NCBI RefSeq assembly: GCF_006345805.1
Contig: NC_043011.1
Coordinates: 50,666,464 to 50,730,463, forward strand
DNA length: 64,000 nucleotides
Source of the DNA: Octopus sinensis
Taxonomy: Eukaryota
Direction: 5' to 3'
A program made the position numbers and the translations under genes. The notes under the pieces were generated by a model that saw only the letters and a program-made list of their open reading frames with translations, did not search any database and had not been told where the DNA came from. Positions 33,351 through 46,670 of the stretch are shown here, in pieces; within the stretch, counting starts at the first letter, position 1; every line of letters starts with the position of its first letter.

Positions 33351-33995
33351 ATGGTCTTGATGGAATCTCTGAGTAAAATTAGCTTCCATAAGTTTGCCAC
33401 AAGGAAGAGGAGAAGTTTGATGTTTCAGGACAACATCCTATTTTCTCAGTACTTGATGGATACTTTATTTTATTGATCCTGGATGAAAGAATATGAAACA
33501 TGAGAGCAAAGTTGAACTCAGAACATAAAGATCTAGATGAAATACTGCCAAGCATTTTGTCTAATGTTCTGACAATTCTTCCCATGGATATCTCAGACAA
33601 ATGCCTATGGTATTTAGTTATAGCTATGTATATTCTAAGTTCAAATCCTGTCAAGATCAACCTTGCCTTTCATGCTCTTGTTGGGGTTGATAAAATAAAG
33701 TACTAACTATGTACATGAAGTTAATTCGGTATTTCTATGTAAAGTATATCTTAGATGTGAATGGAATTAGAAGAAAATGAGGAAAAAAAAGACAGCTGAG
33801 CAATAGCAACCAAACATTTGCACTCAGATCCCTTTCTATTTTCTTTAAATAAAAAATGAAATATACATTTGATATTGTAGTCCTAGATACATAATAGCTG
33901 AAAAATGAAACTATTAGATGGTTATAGCTTAAACACCTCTGATTATAAGCCTGCTGAATTTGAGCATACCTGAGACTGAAAGCAATATTTTAACA

Positions 33996-34172
33996 GTGTC
34001 TACGGCAGTAAGCTTTACATGCTGTGTTCAAATTCTGACACGGTTGACTTTGCCTTTTGTCCTTTTGGGGTTGATAAAATAAGTACCAGTTGAATGCTGG
34101 GATATATATGTATCTTGTCAACTTACCCCACCCCCTAAAAAAAATTGCTGGTCTTGTGCCAAAATTTGAAAT
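33996..34172 (+). mobile_element. 5'-truncated SINE B with a 13-bp TSD
   Basis: CAATATTTTAACA at 33983-33995 and 34173-34185. Confidence 0.7.
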
Positions 34173-34558
34173 CAATATTTTAACAATGTATTGCCTCTGT
34201 GTTTGTGAACATGTGTTGCCTAGTGGTTAGGATATTCAGCTCATGATCATAAGGTCATAGGCTGGTTGGGGGTGACACTTTGTGTCCTTCAGCAAAACAC
34301 ATCAGTTCATGTTGTATCAGTCTGCTGAACTGTAATGAGTACCTGGCAGGTACTCGTATAGCCATCCCTCTTCCTTAAACTATCACATCCTGAATGTTCT
34401 GCTGGATCAAAGGTTAGGGGTCCTACAGGGACCTGCATCTTCTTGCAACTACAGAGGCAGTTAAAACAATTAGCCAAACCATGAGAGATATTACCAAACC
34501 ATATTCACATAAGAGTAACAAGTGTACTATACTGTACTGTTATACTGATTGTAGGAGG

Positions 34559-34893
34559 AGACCCCCTTCAGTCATGAATGACCATGGGATTGCACCTAGA
34601 GCGTTACCCTCCGAGGCACAAGTCCGGGCAAGGTTGTTTGTGGAAGGCCAGCAGTTTCCCATGCATACCAGCCTCCCCTCTGCACACCACTGATGTTATC
34701 CAAGGGAAAAGCAAAGGCTGATACAGCTTGGCACCAGTGATGTCGCAACTCATTTCTACAGCTGAGTGAACTGGGGCAATGGGAAATAAAGTGTCTTGCT
34801 CAAGAACACAATATGTAGCCTGGTCCGGGAATCGAACTCACAACTTCACAATCATAAGCTTGACACTCTAACCACTGAGCCATGCGCCTCCAC
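34559..34893 (-). mobile_element. tRNA-derived SINE family C (core resembles the Meta-domain)
   Basis: Head GGAGGCGCATGGCTCAGTGGTTAGAG...GAGTTCGATTCCC; core GTGTTCTTGAGCAAGACACTTTA...CACTCAGCTGTAGAAATG; second copy at 36378-36630. Confidence 0.75.
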
Positions 34894-36377
34894 TATACCG
34901 ATTGTATGTACCAAATACATAACAGGAAGAAGAAATATTATTAGTTGGTTGAAATGGTCTTTTATTTTCATCATTATAATATAAGATACAGCTTCTTTGA
35001 GCTGTAGTACAATAATCATTCACAGCACTGATATCCATTTCATAGGGTGTTAGAGTCATCTGTGAATGACTGCTAGAAGACTGGAGGAAAAGGAAGAGAG
35101 AGAAAGAGTAAGAGAGTCTACCTCTCTGATCTGACAAGTACATAAGGTGAAAGATGTATTGTCATGTGATGTCAATCCATTAATGAAGGGAAAGAAATAA
35201 TACTCTTCAGTTAGATGCCAAATGACCAAAGAGATAGAACTAATTTGGAGGTTCTGTATTTATATTTTTCTAACTGAATTAGGTCAGGCTAGACAAAAGA
35301 TTTTCTGTCTCTTATCTGCCTGAGCCCTATTTAGTAAATGTGACAGTTGATTGTCAGAAACTTCTAAGTGCAAAAACCTAGAACCATAGTAAAGGAACTG
35401 GTAGAAAAATGTAGATTTGGCTTCAAATCCTGGTTTAAAATCTAGAAAGCTACAAGAAAGTTACACTGCACTACCTCCATGTAGTGCTTAATGGAAGGAC
35501 CCAATGTTTGCAATAAGTACAGACCAATTTGTATGGAACTATTACAATATAAGTGAGGTAATGGGGAAGCAGAAAAAGTTGGTAATAGATTAAATGTTAA
35601 ATAGGTATTTCAGTTTCATCCCTCTGTCATCATTATCATCATCATCATCTTTTCCATGCTGGCCTATGGTTTTTCTGAGACAGTTTTTTTTATGGCCATA
35701 TGCCCTTTCAGTTGCCAACCTTTTTAATCACTTCTTCTTAAGGGATGCGGTGTACTTATTCTAAAATTAAGACCATCCTCATTGTCATTTTAATGTCCAC
35801 TTTTCCATGTTTGTATATGTCAGATGGAATTTATTGAAGTGGATTTTCTATGACTGGATGCCATGCCCTTTCTACCATCAACCCTCTTTTGTTCCCAAGT
35901 AAAGTAATATTGTCCCCTGACCAAGTGTGTGTTTTCATGGGAAACTGGAAATGAAGGACATGGCTTCAATGACAGCAACATTCATTTATAAATATTATGC
36001 ATTGTCAAGACAAGGAGACACTAACACACACAAATGCACATATCTGACTGGCTTCTTTCAGTTTCCATCAAATCCACTCCCAAGATGCCATGCAGTGGGA
36101 CTGAACCTGAAACCACATGGTTGGGAAGCAAACTTCTCACCACACTACCATTCCTGTGCAAGTAATTCCATCCTTCTATAATTTGAGAACAATTTCTCTC
36201 TCAGGGATCAGCTTTACTTTTTGTTCTCCACCCTGGGTGGGTATTATAAATATGAATCATGTAGTGTGGGGTCCTTTCAATCATCAGTACATCTTAAGAA
36301 ATGTGGAACCCTTGTGCCAATCTAAGAAAGAAATCAAAATAAGAATATTGGGATAATTAGCTGCTTTCAGCTGTAAG

Positions 36378-36630
36378 GGTAAAGACCCCCTTCGGTCATG
36401 AATGACCATGGGATTGCACCTAGAAAGTTACCCTCCTAGACACAAGTCCGGGCAAGGTTGTTTATGGAAGACCAGCAGTCGCCATGCATACCAGCCTCCC
36501 CTCTCCACGCCACCAGTGTTATCCAAGGGAAAGACAAAGGTCGATACAGCTTGGCACCAGTGACGTCGCAACTCATTTCTACAGCTGAGTGAACTGGAGT
36601 AACGTGAAATAAAGTGCTTTGCTCAAGAAT
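36378..36630 (-). mobile_element. SINE family C, 5'-truncated
   Basis: Collinear with 34559-34800. Confidence 0.75.
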
Positions 36631-36942
36631 AAAGTGCTGTAAATCAACCAAATACCAGTAGCATTTAATTACAGAACTTAGCATTTTGAAATCAAATTCT
36701 ACCAAGATCAATTTTACTTTCATTTGCTTAAAATATGAGAATTGCAATAAACACCACTCCACATTATCAAATATGCTGAAAGAAAGAGCATTTATACAAA
36801 TCAAAGAAGGATTACTATACTAAAAAAAATAACAGCTAAACTTTCCATAAATCACATTCTACTGTCTTAAAAAAAATAAAATATAAGGTAAGACACATTT
36901 GATTTGATAAATGTAGTTACTGATACATTATACCTATTTCTT

Positions 36943-37165
36943 TATTACCCACAAGGGGCTAAACATAGAGGGAACAAACAAGGACAGACATAGGTATTAA
37001 GTCGATTACATCGACCCCAGTGCGTAACTGGTACTTAATTTATCGACCCCGAAAGGATGAAAGGTAAAGTCAACCTCGGCGGAACTTGAACTCAGAACGT
37101 AACGGCAGACGTAATACCGCTAAGCATTTCGCCCGACGTGCTAACGTTTCTGCCAGCTCGCCGCC
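36943..37165 (-). mobile_element. SINE family B, young full copy
   Basis: GGCGGCGAGCTGGCAGAAACGTTAGCACG...GAGTTCAAGTTCC; CpGs intact. Confidence 0.8.
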
Positions 37166-37322
37166 TGATACATTATACCTGAAAATAAAAACAAAATATT
37201 CGTTGCTGAAAAATCTTTGATTACAGACCTGGTGAGTCAGAGTTGATTTGAATGCTAAATGGCCACAAAACTTGATTAATATACTTAAAATATTCATTTA
37301 ATGAACACCATGCATCTTTTAA

Positions 37323-37498
37323 CCCTTTAGCATTTAAACAGGCCAGCTCCAACCTCTCACACTTATCCTACAATATTATTCTAAAAAGAAACAGTTAAAT
37401 CATTAAAATCTCAAAGCTACAAGATAATGCATGATTAATTCAAAATAATGTTAATAAATGAGCATTACATTAGACAAAGAAATATGAATGGTAAAAAG
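37323..37498. mobile_element. piggyBac-like MITE family B
   Basis: TTAA-CCCTTTAGCATT start; GGTAAAAAG-TTAA end. Confidence 0.7.
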
Positions 37499-38009
37499 TT
37501 AAAGAATTTAGGAAAAATGATACAATTGCCATTGTATTACTATCTCTTGAATGCTGTTCTATTTATTCAACTATTATATATATCCAAAGGCAAATATTCT
37601 AGGTTACTAAAAACATATGAGATAATAATACCAGTATTAGTATGGGCATTATGAATGCAACACAGAATACACCAAATGATACTATTTATCAATGACTATT
37701 CTACCAAAAAATACAATTAATATTTTCTGTGAGTCAAGTTGTTTCAATAAACTTGACATATCTCATCAAAAAATAGTTTTGAACATGACATTCCTCAACA
37801 AAAGACAGACTAGTATATAAAACTGCTTTCTGCAGTTAAGGGTGATGAAATTTTGAGTTGATGTATCTGATTTCCATAGTAAAACGGTTAACACCTCTAA
37901 TTCCACATTAAACAGTAAAGTTTCTGGAATACAAGCCTTCTTGCAATGCTGGAAATTTGTGTGTTAAATAAAACAGTTTCTTTTTTTTCATGTATATGTA
38001 ATTAAAAAA

Positions 38010-38302
38010 TTTTTTTTTATGCACCCTTTCCAAGCCTAGCCAGGGTCATGGGCCCGGTTTCTATGGCGTATGTGTTACCCCCAGCTGTCCATCACAGCGT
38101 TACTTAAGAAACAGGAAGAAAGAGTGAAAGAAATTTGGGGCGAAAGAGTACAACAGAGGTCGCTACCACCTCCTACCGGAGCCTCATGGAGCTTTAGGTG
38201 TTTTCGCTCAATAAACACACACAACGCCCGGTCCGGGAATCGAAACCGCGGTCCTCTGACCATGAGTCCGCTGCCCTAACAACTGGGCCATTGTGCCTCC
38301 AC
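38010..38302 (-). mobile_element. tRNA-derived SINE family D with A-tail
   Basis: Head GTGGAGGCACAATGGCCCAGTTGTTAGGGCAGCGGACTC...GGTTTCGATTCCCGG; tail GGGTGCATAAAAAAAAA. Confidence 0.75.
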
Positions 38303-38389
38303 ATGTATATGTAATGCCATTTTATATATTGCGTTATCATATAAAATTCCTGAATTATCAATTATTAAATGACTTAAAATATTGTTTAA

Positions 38390-38600
38390 CTCTTTTGATA
38401 CCTACCCACATGAAATCATCCCTGGTTCTATGATACAAACTACCTGTTTTAAAATGACCTAAATTCAAACCATGCATCAAAATTTCATGTTAATTTATGT
38501 TCCAATCACTAACTTAATGATAACAGTTATTTCATTAAATTCATCATTATTTTGAAAATTAATTGAATCAAAGGCAGTGTATTTCAATAAATATATAGTA
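38390..38600. mobile_element. piggyBac-like MITE family A, decayed (further partial copies at 39061-39185 and 41355-41405)
   Basis: TTAA-CTCTTTTGATACC start; body matches 1911-2132. Confidence 0.65.
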
Positions 38601-39185
38601 TGAAATGTAATTAATTGCTTCAACTATTAATTATGATATTTAAAGAAAATGTAACATTTTTTTTCCTTTAGCAAAAACTATAACTTTATTCCCTGTAGTT
38701 TTATTTCAGTTCAGACTGTAAGATGGAGATTACCTTCTGATCATAAATCTAAGAACAGTCATACCCTACAATAAAAAAAAAACAAGATGTCCACACTTAG
38801 AATGCTTATCAAACACTTCTTTAATCAATTATCTATGTTCTTGCAACTTTGTGTGTTTGTGAACTAACCTTGTTGCGAGGTCAAACACTCATATCCTGTC
38901 ATTGAAGCTGTGTTATGTCTATAGCCCAATTCTTCATAAGCTTTTAAAGATAGTGACACACTTTTACTTCACAAAAGTAAATAATAAATATAATCCTCCA
39001 TTTTTTTCTAAAATTAAACATCAAATCCATGCACAAGCGAAACTGGAAATCAGCATTTAACTCTTTGATACCAAACCACCTAAGACCACCCCAGATTCTA
39101 TGAATACAAACTTTCAATTTCAAAAGGACCTAGAATTAAACCTTTCTCTAAAAGTTCAAGTAAATTTATGTTCCAAATACACACA

Positions 39186-39322
39186 TTTTTTTCTCTTCTT
39201 GTTCCTTTCTGTGGAAGAGTGTAGGCTCAAAACATTAAAGATTTTTTCAATTCCCGAGCGTTATACAAATACATGTGTTTGTTTTCTACACCACCTGTCT
39301 TCGTCTTGTTTTTTTTTGTGAA
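39186..39322 (+). mobile_element. Short element with a degenerate hammerhead-like motif (possible Penelope-like fragment)
   Basis: CTGTGGAAGAGT-GTAG-GCTCAAAAC; its end GAATTCTCCCTA resembles GGAATAATATTCCCTA at ~24646. Confidence 0.35.
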
Positions 39323-40764
39323 TTCTCCCTATACGATAGGTAGTCCACCAGTGTCTGATGACAACAAAGTCTGTGTCCTTAGCAATGAGAGCACATGTGA
39401 CCCTGCTGCCCAACATATAGATCAAAGCCTGCAAGCACAATGGTTACACTCATCTCACTATTGGTAAATGAGTGTAAGAGAACAAGCAAGACAGCAAACA
39501 GAAATCAAGTATGTTTTTACAAATGGCAGCGAAACAATTTAAAATGTATTTATACATAAAAGTGTGGACAAATAACAAAAACTCATCATGCATCAAGTGA
39601 CATGCATGGTTCTTGTAGGTAGTATAAGGCCTATTTTTTCCCCCCAATCCTAACAATCTTCATATAATGCATAGTATGTATAGATGACATAAAAACATGA
39701 AAAGTTATGCACCATGAAATAAATTTCAACAATTGGTTATAAGTTATGAACATTTAAAGAAGGAAATTGTGTTAGCTGATGCAATTGGTCCTTCTAGTGT
39801 TAAAATTGCATTGTACTCAAGCAAATATGGTATTTTACTTTTTCAAGAGTATTCTGAATCATCAGAACATATCTTCTATTCAAGCAAGTTGTACCTGCTT
39901 CTGTCCTCCGTTGACACCAAAAACACTTTACCTATCTCACCTTCATTTTAAAAGAATGTCAGGATGATGATGATATAACCTTTGCTGTTTATTGATTCTT
40001 TCTGTTAGTTTAAATGGAAACAGTTCAAACATATTTATGACAACCAGGTTCCATAGTAATACTAAAGTATAAAAATGAGAGAATGAGAGGAGAGAGAGGG
40101 AGAGTCAGATAGACAGACAGAAAGAAACAAAGAGAGAGAGAGAAGCTGCTCAATAAAAAATGTCAGCTAATGGGTTATTTTATCTTTTACTCAAGAAGGG
40201 TAATGCTCACAACTTCTTCCGGGACCTTTGAGACAAATGGGAGAGAGAGGGATGGGAATATATCTTCAAACCAGAAACTTTACCTTTCATCCTTTCAGGG
40301 TCAATAAATAAAGTACCAGTCTAAAACAGTGGACAGCACCAAACAGGCTGTCTTGTGGTATTTGCACAAGACCTTTGCATCCTGCGTCAAGTCCCACTTC
40401 AGACTACTTGATTGATAGGCACAATCTGTCATCTGGTTTAACTGGCACTTAGGGTGCCTTTAATAGAGTCCAGCATTCAGGCCAGATCTCTGGTTTAAGA
40501 ACAACTTTCTCCCTCCTTCCCTCTCATTAACCTCAGAGGCCTTCTGAAGTATTGTGGTCCCTACCTTTCCCTTCTGACCAAAAGATAAAACATAATACCA
40601 CCAGAAAACACAAAGATAGCTAAAAAAGCTAAAAACAACAACAACAAAAAGAGGGTAATTAACAAAAAGCATTTTAACTGGGGAAAATTTTAGAAAAGCA
40701 AACTCTTCCATAGGCAAACCCCAAATAAATGATTAGTCAATTGACAAACTGTAGAGATGTGTTT

Positions 40765-41080
40765 AGTTCAGGGTTCAGTCCCACTGTGTGGCACCTTGGG
40801 CAAGTATCTTCTACTATAGCCTCGGGCCAACCAAAGCCTTCTGAGTGGATTGGTAGACGGAAACTGAAAGAAGCCCGTCGTATATATATGTATATAAAGA
40901 TATATATATATATGTGTGTGTGTGTGTATATATGTTTGTGTGTCTGTGTTTGTCCCCCTAGCATTGCTTGACAACTGATGCTGGTGTGTTTACGTCCCCA
41001 TAACTTAGCGGTTTGCCAAAGACTAAAGGCGGTGCTCCAGCATGGCCACAGTCAAATGACTGAAACAAGTAAAAGAGAAT
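40765..41080 (+). mobile_element. SINE family A, 5'-truncated with an internal deletion
   Basis: Collinear with 7430-7778. Confidence 0.75.
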
Positions 41081-41495
41081 AACACTTGAAAAAAAGGCTC
41101 AGGATCTATGTTTTCCAAGTAGGCACAATAAAAAATATAAACTACTGCAGAGCAAGAAACCTGATTATCATTTATGTAGCTAACACTAGCATAGCTAGAG
41201 TGTGTGCTGCCTGGGGGTAGCCCTTCCATTTGTCACCCTCGGACCCCACAAAAAAATACATATTGCCTGCAGCAGACCCAAAAAAGCGACACCCCCACTT
41301 AAAAGTGCCACCCGGGACAGACCACCCCTACCACCCCCTAGTGGTAGCAAGTTTAATTCTTTTGATATTAACCCACTTGAGACTACCCTGATTCAATGAT
41401 ACAAATTGGTACTTAGGACACATCACATACCCTGCTACCTGGCCCATCTTAGTTACGCCACTAAGTGACAGATGCAGATGGGTATTTCGTTAGGG

Positions 41496-41783
41496 CAGTG
41501 GTTGGTTCTCAACCCATTTTAATCTATGGACTGCTTTGATTACTATTTTATTTTGGTGGACCCCTTGCCACTTGATACAAAATTTCTATTTTCTTTTCCT
41601 ACATTAAGTTGTGTAGATTGAACTATTTAACATGTTTAATAAAAAATCTCAGGTGTTTCTTGCAATAAATGCATCTGAATCAAAACTATTGTGGATCCTC
41701 AGTTTACTATTTTGCTTGCATGGAGCCCCCAAAATCTTATATGGACCCTGAGAGGTCATATGGACTCCAGTTAAGAACCACTG
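41496..41783. mobile_element. hAT-type MITE
   Basis: CAGTGG(TTGG)TTCTCAAC / GTTAAGAACCACTG; degenerate 8-bp TSD CGTTAGGG / TGCTAGGA; related to 6485-6682. Confidence 0.65.
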
Positions 41784-42386
41784 TGCTAGGATATATTCAA
41801 TGCTTCAGCAGTAACGGTTCATACAAGAAGGCTGTGACATTGCTAAAACAACAAAAATAGCAGTAACAGCTTATAGGCTATCTTGAGATTTTCAGATGTT
41901 ATATTTGAACTTGGTAGCTTAAATTCTTGAGAAAAATTTTAAAGCATATAATTCCTTGGATAAATTGTTTATCTAAAGTTAGCCTTGATTAAACAGGGAT
42001 AAATTTAGAATTTAACATTTTGAGCTTTGTCCTTTGTAGCATAAGAATGAAAGAATGAGAAAAGACAAGGTAGCATTGTGGTTGTTTAATCCCGGGTTCG
42101 ATTGAGCGAACCTGTAGCTAAAAGTACTTTAGTCAACACGCGTCCTTTCACCAGCCATTTTGTTTCACCTTGCAAACATCCACAAAGCAAAATGCCCAAT
42201 CATCGACTTGCAGCTAAACTGAACATGAATTTCATGAATATGACACGTGTCAGAAGGCTTGAGAAGATCTTGGTCCTATTCCTACCTTCTGGCTAACACC
42301 ATTAATATATATATATATATACTTATGTGTGTGTGTGTGTACGTATATACATATCTATGTATTTTAATGGTGTTAGTCAGCAGATA

Positions 42387-42393
42387 GGAATGT

Positions 42394-42455
<62 letters not shown>

Positions 42456-42476
42456 ATATACACATGCATATATGTG

Positions 42477-42527
<51 letters not shown>

Positions 42528-42530
42528 ATA
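42387..42530. repeat. Compound (TA)n/(CA)n microsatellite, duplicated unit
   Basis: Direct reading. Confidence 0.9.
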
Positions 42531-43206
42531 TACACATGCATATATGTGTATGTATTTAGGCTTTTTATAAATAATGTGTATATCTAGTATACACACCTGA
42601 GCGACATATTTCGCCACGTTTAAGCACCCACCCCTATATACACACACATGTAATTGTATGTATGTATATATGTAAGCATGCATGTATGTATGTATGCCTT
42701 TTAAACTAAGGCTGTGTGCAAATATACTGTATATTCGATAAGCTGAAAGACTTTTGGGACAGTGTATCTCTGTTCGTACACATGAATGTGCTTGCATCTA
42801 GGAAGATGTGTATTTTCATCCAATAATGTTTGCACATATGCAATGTGTATATATATTTATTTACATTTCTATGCACGTATGGATGTGTATATAAATGCAA
42901 ATGTCTTTGTGTGACTATGACATACATATTTGCATGTCACATTTATATATTATAGATGACCTAACGGGATTGTCTTAATTTAATACTTATCAAAATGACG
43001 ACATTGATTAATTAAATGTGTGTATGTATGTATGTATACGTACACACATATATATGTACATGCACGCGAGTGTATGTAAGAACGGAAAAGTCATTATATA
43101 CTTGTGCTAAAAACCCTAATCTCAATTAACCTTCACCCGTCCACATGCATGTGTGTGTGTATATATATAGATACAAACACATATGCACATGGTGACTATA
43201 TATATG

Positions 43207-43252
<46 letters not shown>

Positions 43253-43836
43253 CGCTTTTATATATCAATAACCCATTATTAGTGTTGTTTTAAAAATAAC
43301 AATGTTTTCCTGCAGTATTTAAGATGTGGTGAGGGTATAATATTGTCAGTGTAATGATGATTTACGGCACCCAGTTGAGTGTCACTTAATCACCCATAAC
43401 ACTTCAGTTGGCTTGGAACATTTTGATGAAATGAATATGAATAATAAAAATAATAATAAATAAAGCTTCTAAGAAGTAAAGTTTAATAATTTGTGCTACA
43501 TATTTTCAAAAAGCATATGGCGTATGGGGGTGTCGGTGTCGTCAATGGATAAAAACAAAACAGGAAAAGGCGTAGGGATTTGAAAAATTAGTTAAATCCC
43601 CAAAGCACCATGGTAGAGTTTTGGGTAATAGAGACGGCCACCATGTTTTTATCTTTTTGAAAAGCACACTTTGATTTATATAATGACACCGTGTGACCAA
43701 CTTATTAAGCACTGATCTAATTTATTTATTTATTTATTCGATTATCTCTTGGAAGTTATTTTCGATATTTAAAGAAATATACCCGAACTGTTAAAATAAA
43801 AATAAAAACTATATTAAGCTCTTTTTCCCCCCCTTG

Positions 43837-43920
<84 letters not shown>
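43837..43920. repeat. Long perfect (TA)n, ~42 units
   Basis: Direct reading. Confidence 0.95.
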
Positions 43921-43923
<3 letters not shown>

Positions 43924-44452
43924 CAAATGGTAATGTTGTTTAGCTCCAGGTTATCATCCCTAATTGAACAGAACTTCAGATCAGATCAAAGGCGTTCCAT
44001 CCACGATCACCCAGTTGTCTATATCTGGGACTATATTGCAAAGTGTCCTTCGTTTCTTGACACGTAGGGTGTGACTGAGGGAGATTTTGGCTGCTATCTC
44101 TAGCACCGAGCAACCGCATAGAAGCTTCACACGTTAGCATCGATGGTAGTAACGAGAATAGCTGAGTTACCATTTCGATTTCTAGTTAAAGCCATTTCTT
44201 CATACATATATTTTTTTCCAGTTGCTATATATTGCATACGTCATTAATGACCTTGTAGAAGACATGAACGTCAACACATCATATATTTCCACCATCTTCA
44301 CCCATTAATAACGACTCTTTTACGATAACAACCAAATATTCCCCATCAATTATTATTGCCATAAAGAACCATCTTAAAGTGTTTATTTATTTAAGTTTCA
44401 TTCAACTCAAACATTTTGAGTTCAAATACGGCTCAGGTCGACCTTGCTTTCC

Positions 44453-44487
<35 letters not shown>

Positions 44488-46628
44488 CAGGGCATTAAAA
44501 CAAATAACAGAAATGACTAGATGTATATACTAGAGCCAATTAACTCGACTTCTCTCTTAGAAAGGATTCAAATGATGAAGAGTGGAAAAGAAATCTATTA
44601 TCGTTTCTGACTCAAAGTGATAAACAAAAATTTATTTGATGGTGTTTTGCTCCGAAACTGTGGGAAGTTTAAAATTAAATGTTTTATCTTCTTCCCCCTT
44701 AATTGAATCAATATTGATTTTATAAGAAAAATGTTAGGCAATTAATTAAGTAGTTGCTAGGGTGGTTGTTGTTGTTGTTATTGTTGAGCTCTGATCAAGT
44801 ATACCAATGATCAAAGCCATTCTAGCTGTGACCATCCTGTCTTTTTTCTACTGCAGGGAGCTCGCAATTATATTCGTGTCCCCCCCCCCTAACAGTCAGT
44901 ACAGGCGTGATTTGAGGGTTAACTTGACTGCTATTTCTAGCAAACGGAGCGACCTCGTGGATATTGTTGTTTAATCCCAGGTTAAATCCGAGGGAGCAAA
45001 ACATATGATCAATGATCTTCCAACTATGACTGTCCCGCCTTTTTGTTTGCTTTAGAAATTGTGTTTATAGGGCCCACATTCTGTAATGTATTTTAAAAAC
45101 ACGATAGGGAGTGATTTAAGGGAGGTTTCGTTGCTATTTCTGCAGGTTAAGCGACCGCACAGACCTGGTTCATTTTGTGGTGTTGTTGATGATGATGATG
45201 GCGATGGTGGGTGTTAAACCACATGGACAAAAATAGGAAAAGAAAATGTTGCATCGCTTCTATTATTAAATCACTCTTCTCAATAACAACAGCAAGCGAT
45301 TAAGGGTCATTGTATCAGTGTATTTTATATATACACACACATGAAAACAAAAAATGTAGAATTTAATTTTTATACGTATATATTTTAACGTAGATAATTT
45401 TATATACGAGTATGTATAAAAATATACATACATATGCATATATTATTCCTGCATTATATACATACACACACACAAATATTCTTTTACAAATGGGTATTTA
45501 TATGAGCGTATATATATGCATTACACATACTACATCGGGGGCATGGGTAACATTTTTTTTCGAAGAAGCGGGCCGCATGAGACAGCTTATCAGGCAAGCC
45601 GCAGTTTGCCATTCGTACACGTACATACACACATCTGTGTGAGTGTGTACATATATATATATATATATATAACACACACACACACATATATATATACACA
45701 CAAGATGGAGACAATTGTGTTTGCTACTTCACCAAGGGGATTTGTGTGTGGGCCGCTCGAACTGTTCAGATCACATTATACACACACACACACACAAAAA
45801 AAAAAAAGGGAAAGAAAAGGAGGAAGGCCATAGCGAGATCGCATTTGATCTTAGGTCAGCTCCATCATGACTGTCTTTGGGTTAAATAAACCTATGATTT
45901 ATAACTAAGAGTGTATAATATATGTTTATATATATAGCCATTGGCAACACTCACAAATGCATATATGAGTGTATTGTATGTGTGTGTGTGTGTGTGTACA
46001 AGGGCTCAGCTCACTATATTTGTATCTTAGCTTATATAGCAGAATAGAATATGGTGTAATATATACACTTAGAAGGTAAAACGAAGTCAATTAGACCAGT
46101 CTTAAAATGCACCAGCCTGGTGTTATATATATATCCATCCCTACACATACATTCACACATTTTACTGAAGCTGGGAAAACTTCAGTTTGTGAAGTTCTTT
46201 CAGCTTCAATAAAATAATACTGTACTCTACCTTTGGTATTCGAGTACTATTTTCTCCACCTCATTTTGCACCTACGTGCTTATATGCGCGTGTGTGTGTG
46301 TGTGTGTGTGTGCATACATTGAGAGAAAGAGAGAAAATGTATACCATAGATAAACTTTTATTTGCTGACTTTACTATAGGCGTGACGCAAGGGCTTGCAG
46401 TTTCATGGCAAGTTTCTAGTCAGTGTACACACACATATATATATATATATATGTATGCATACAGACATGCCTACATGTTTGTTTTGCTAAAGTGCTCTTT
46501 AGTCAGGCCTTGATCAATTGTCTCAAATCAACTACTCAAAATTAATTTTAAATGAGATGATATTACATGTTATGTAATAACATGTAATAATGCTATCTTT
46601 ATGTGTGTATAGAGATATGTATGCATAG

Positions 46629-46670
<42 letters not shown>

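Noticed and set aside
33967-33985. Possible 6-nt micro-exon on the minus strand (TTTCAG|TCTCAG|GTATGC)
   Set aside because: Splice-like signals only; no host gene established
34820-34893. tRNA-like sequences (also ~38230-38302, ~37085-37165, 7379-7445)
   Set aside because: A and B boxes are present but they run into SINE bodies and lack a complete cloverleaf
37590-37680. GPCR TM5-like peptide SFGVFCVAFIMPILILVLL on the minus strand
   Set aside because: Bounded by stops on both sides with no convincing splice sites
43503-43663. 11-bp inverted repeat TTTTCAAAAAG / CTTTTTGAAAA
   Set aside because: Low-complexity arms, no TSD and no second copy in the window
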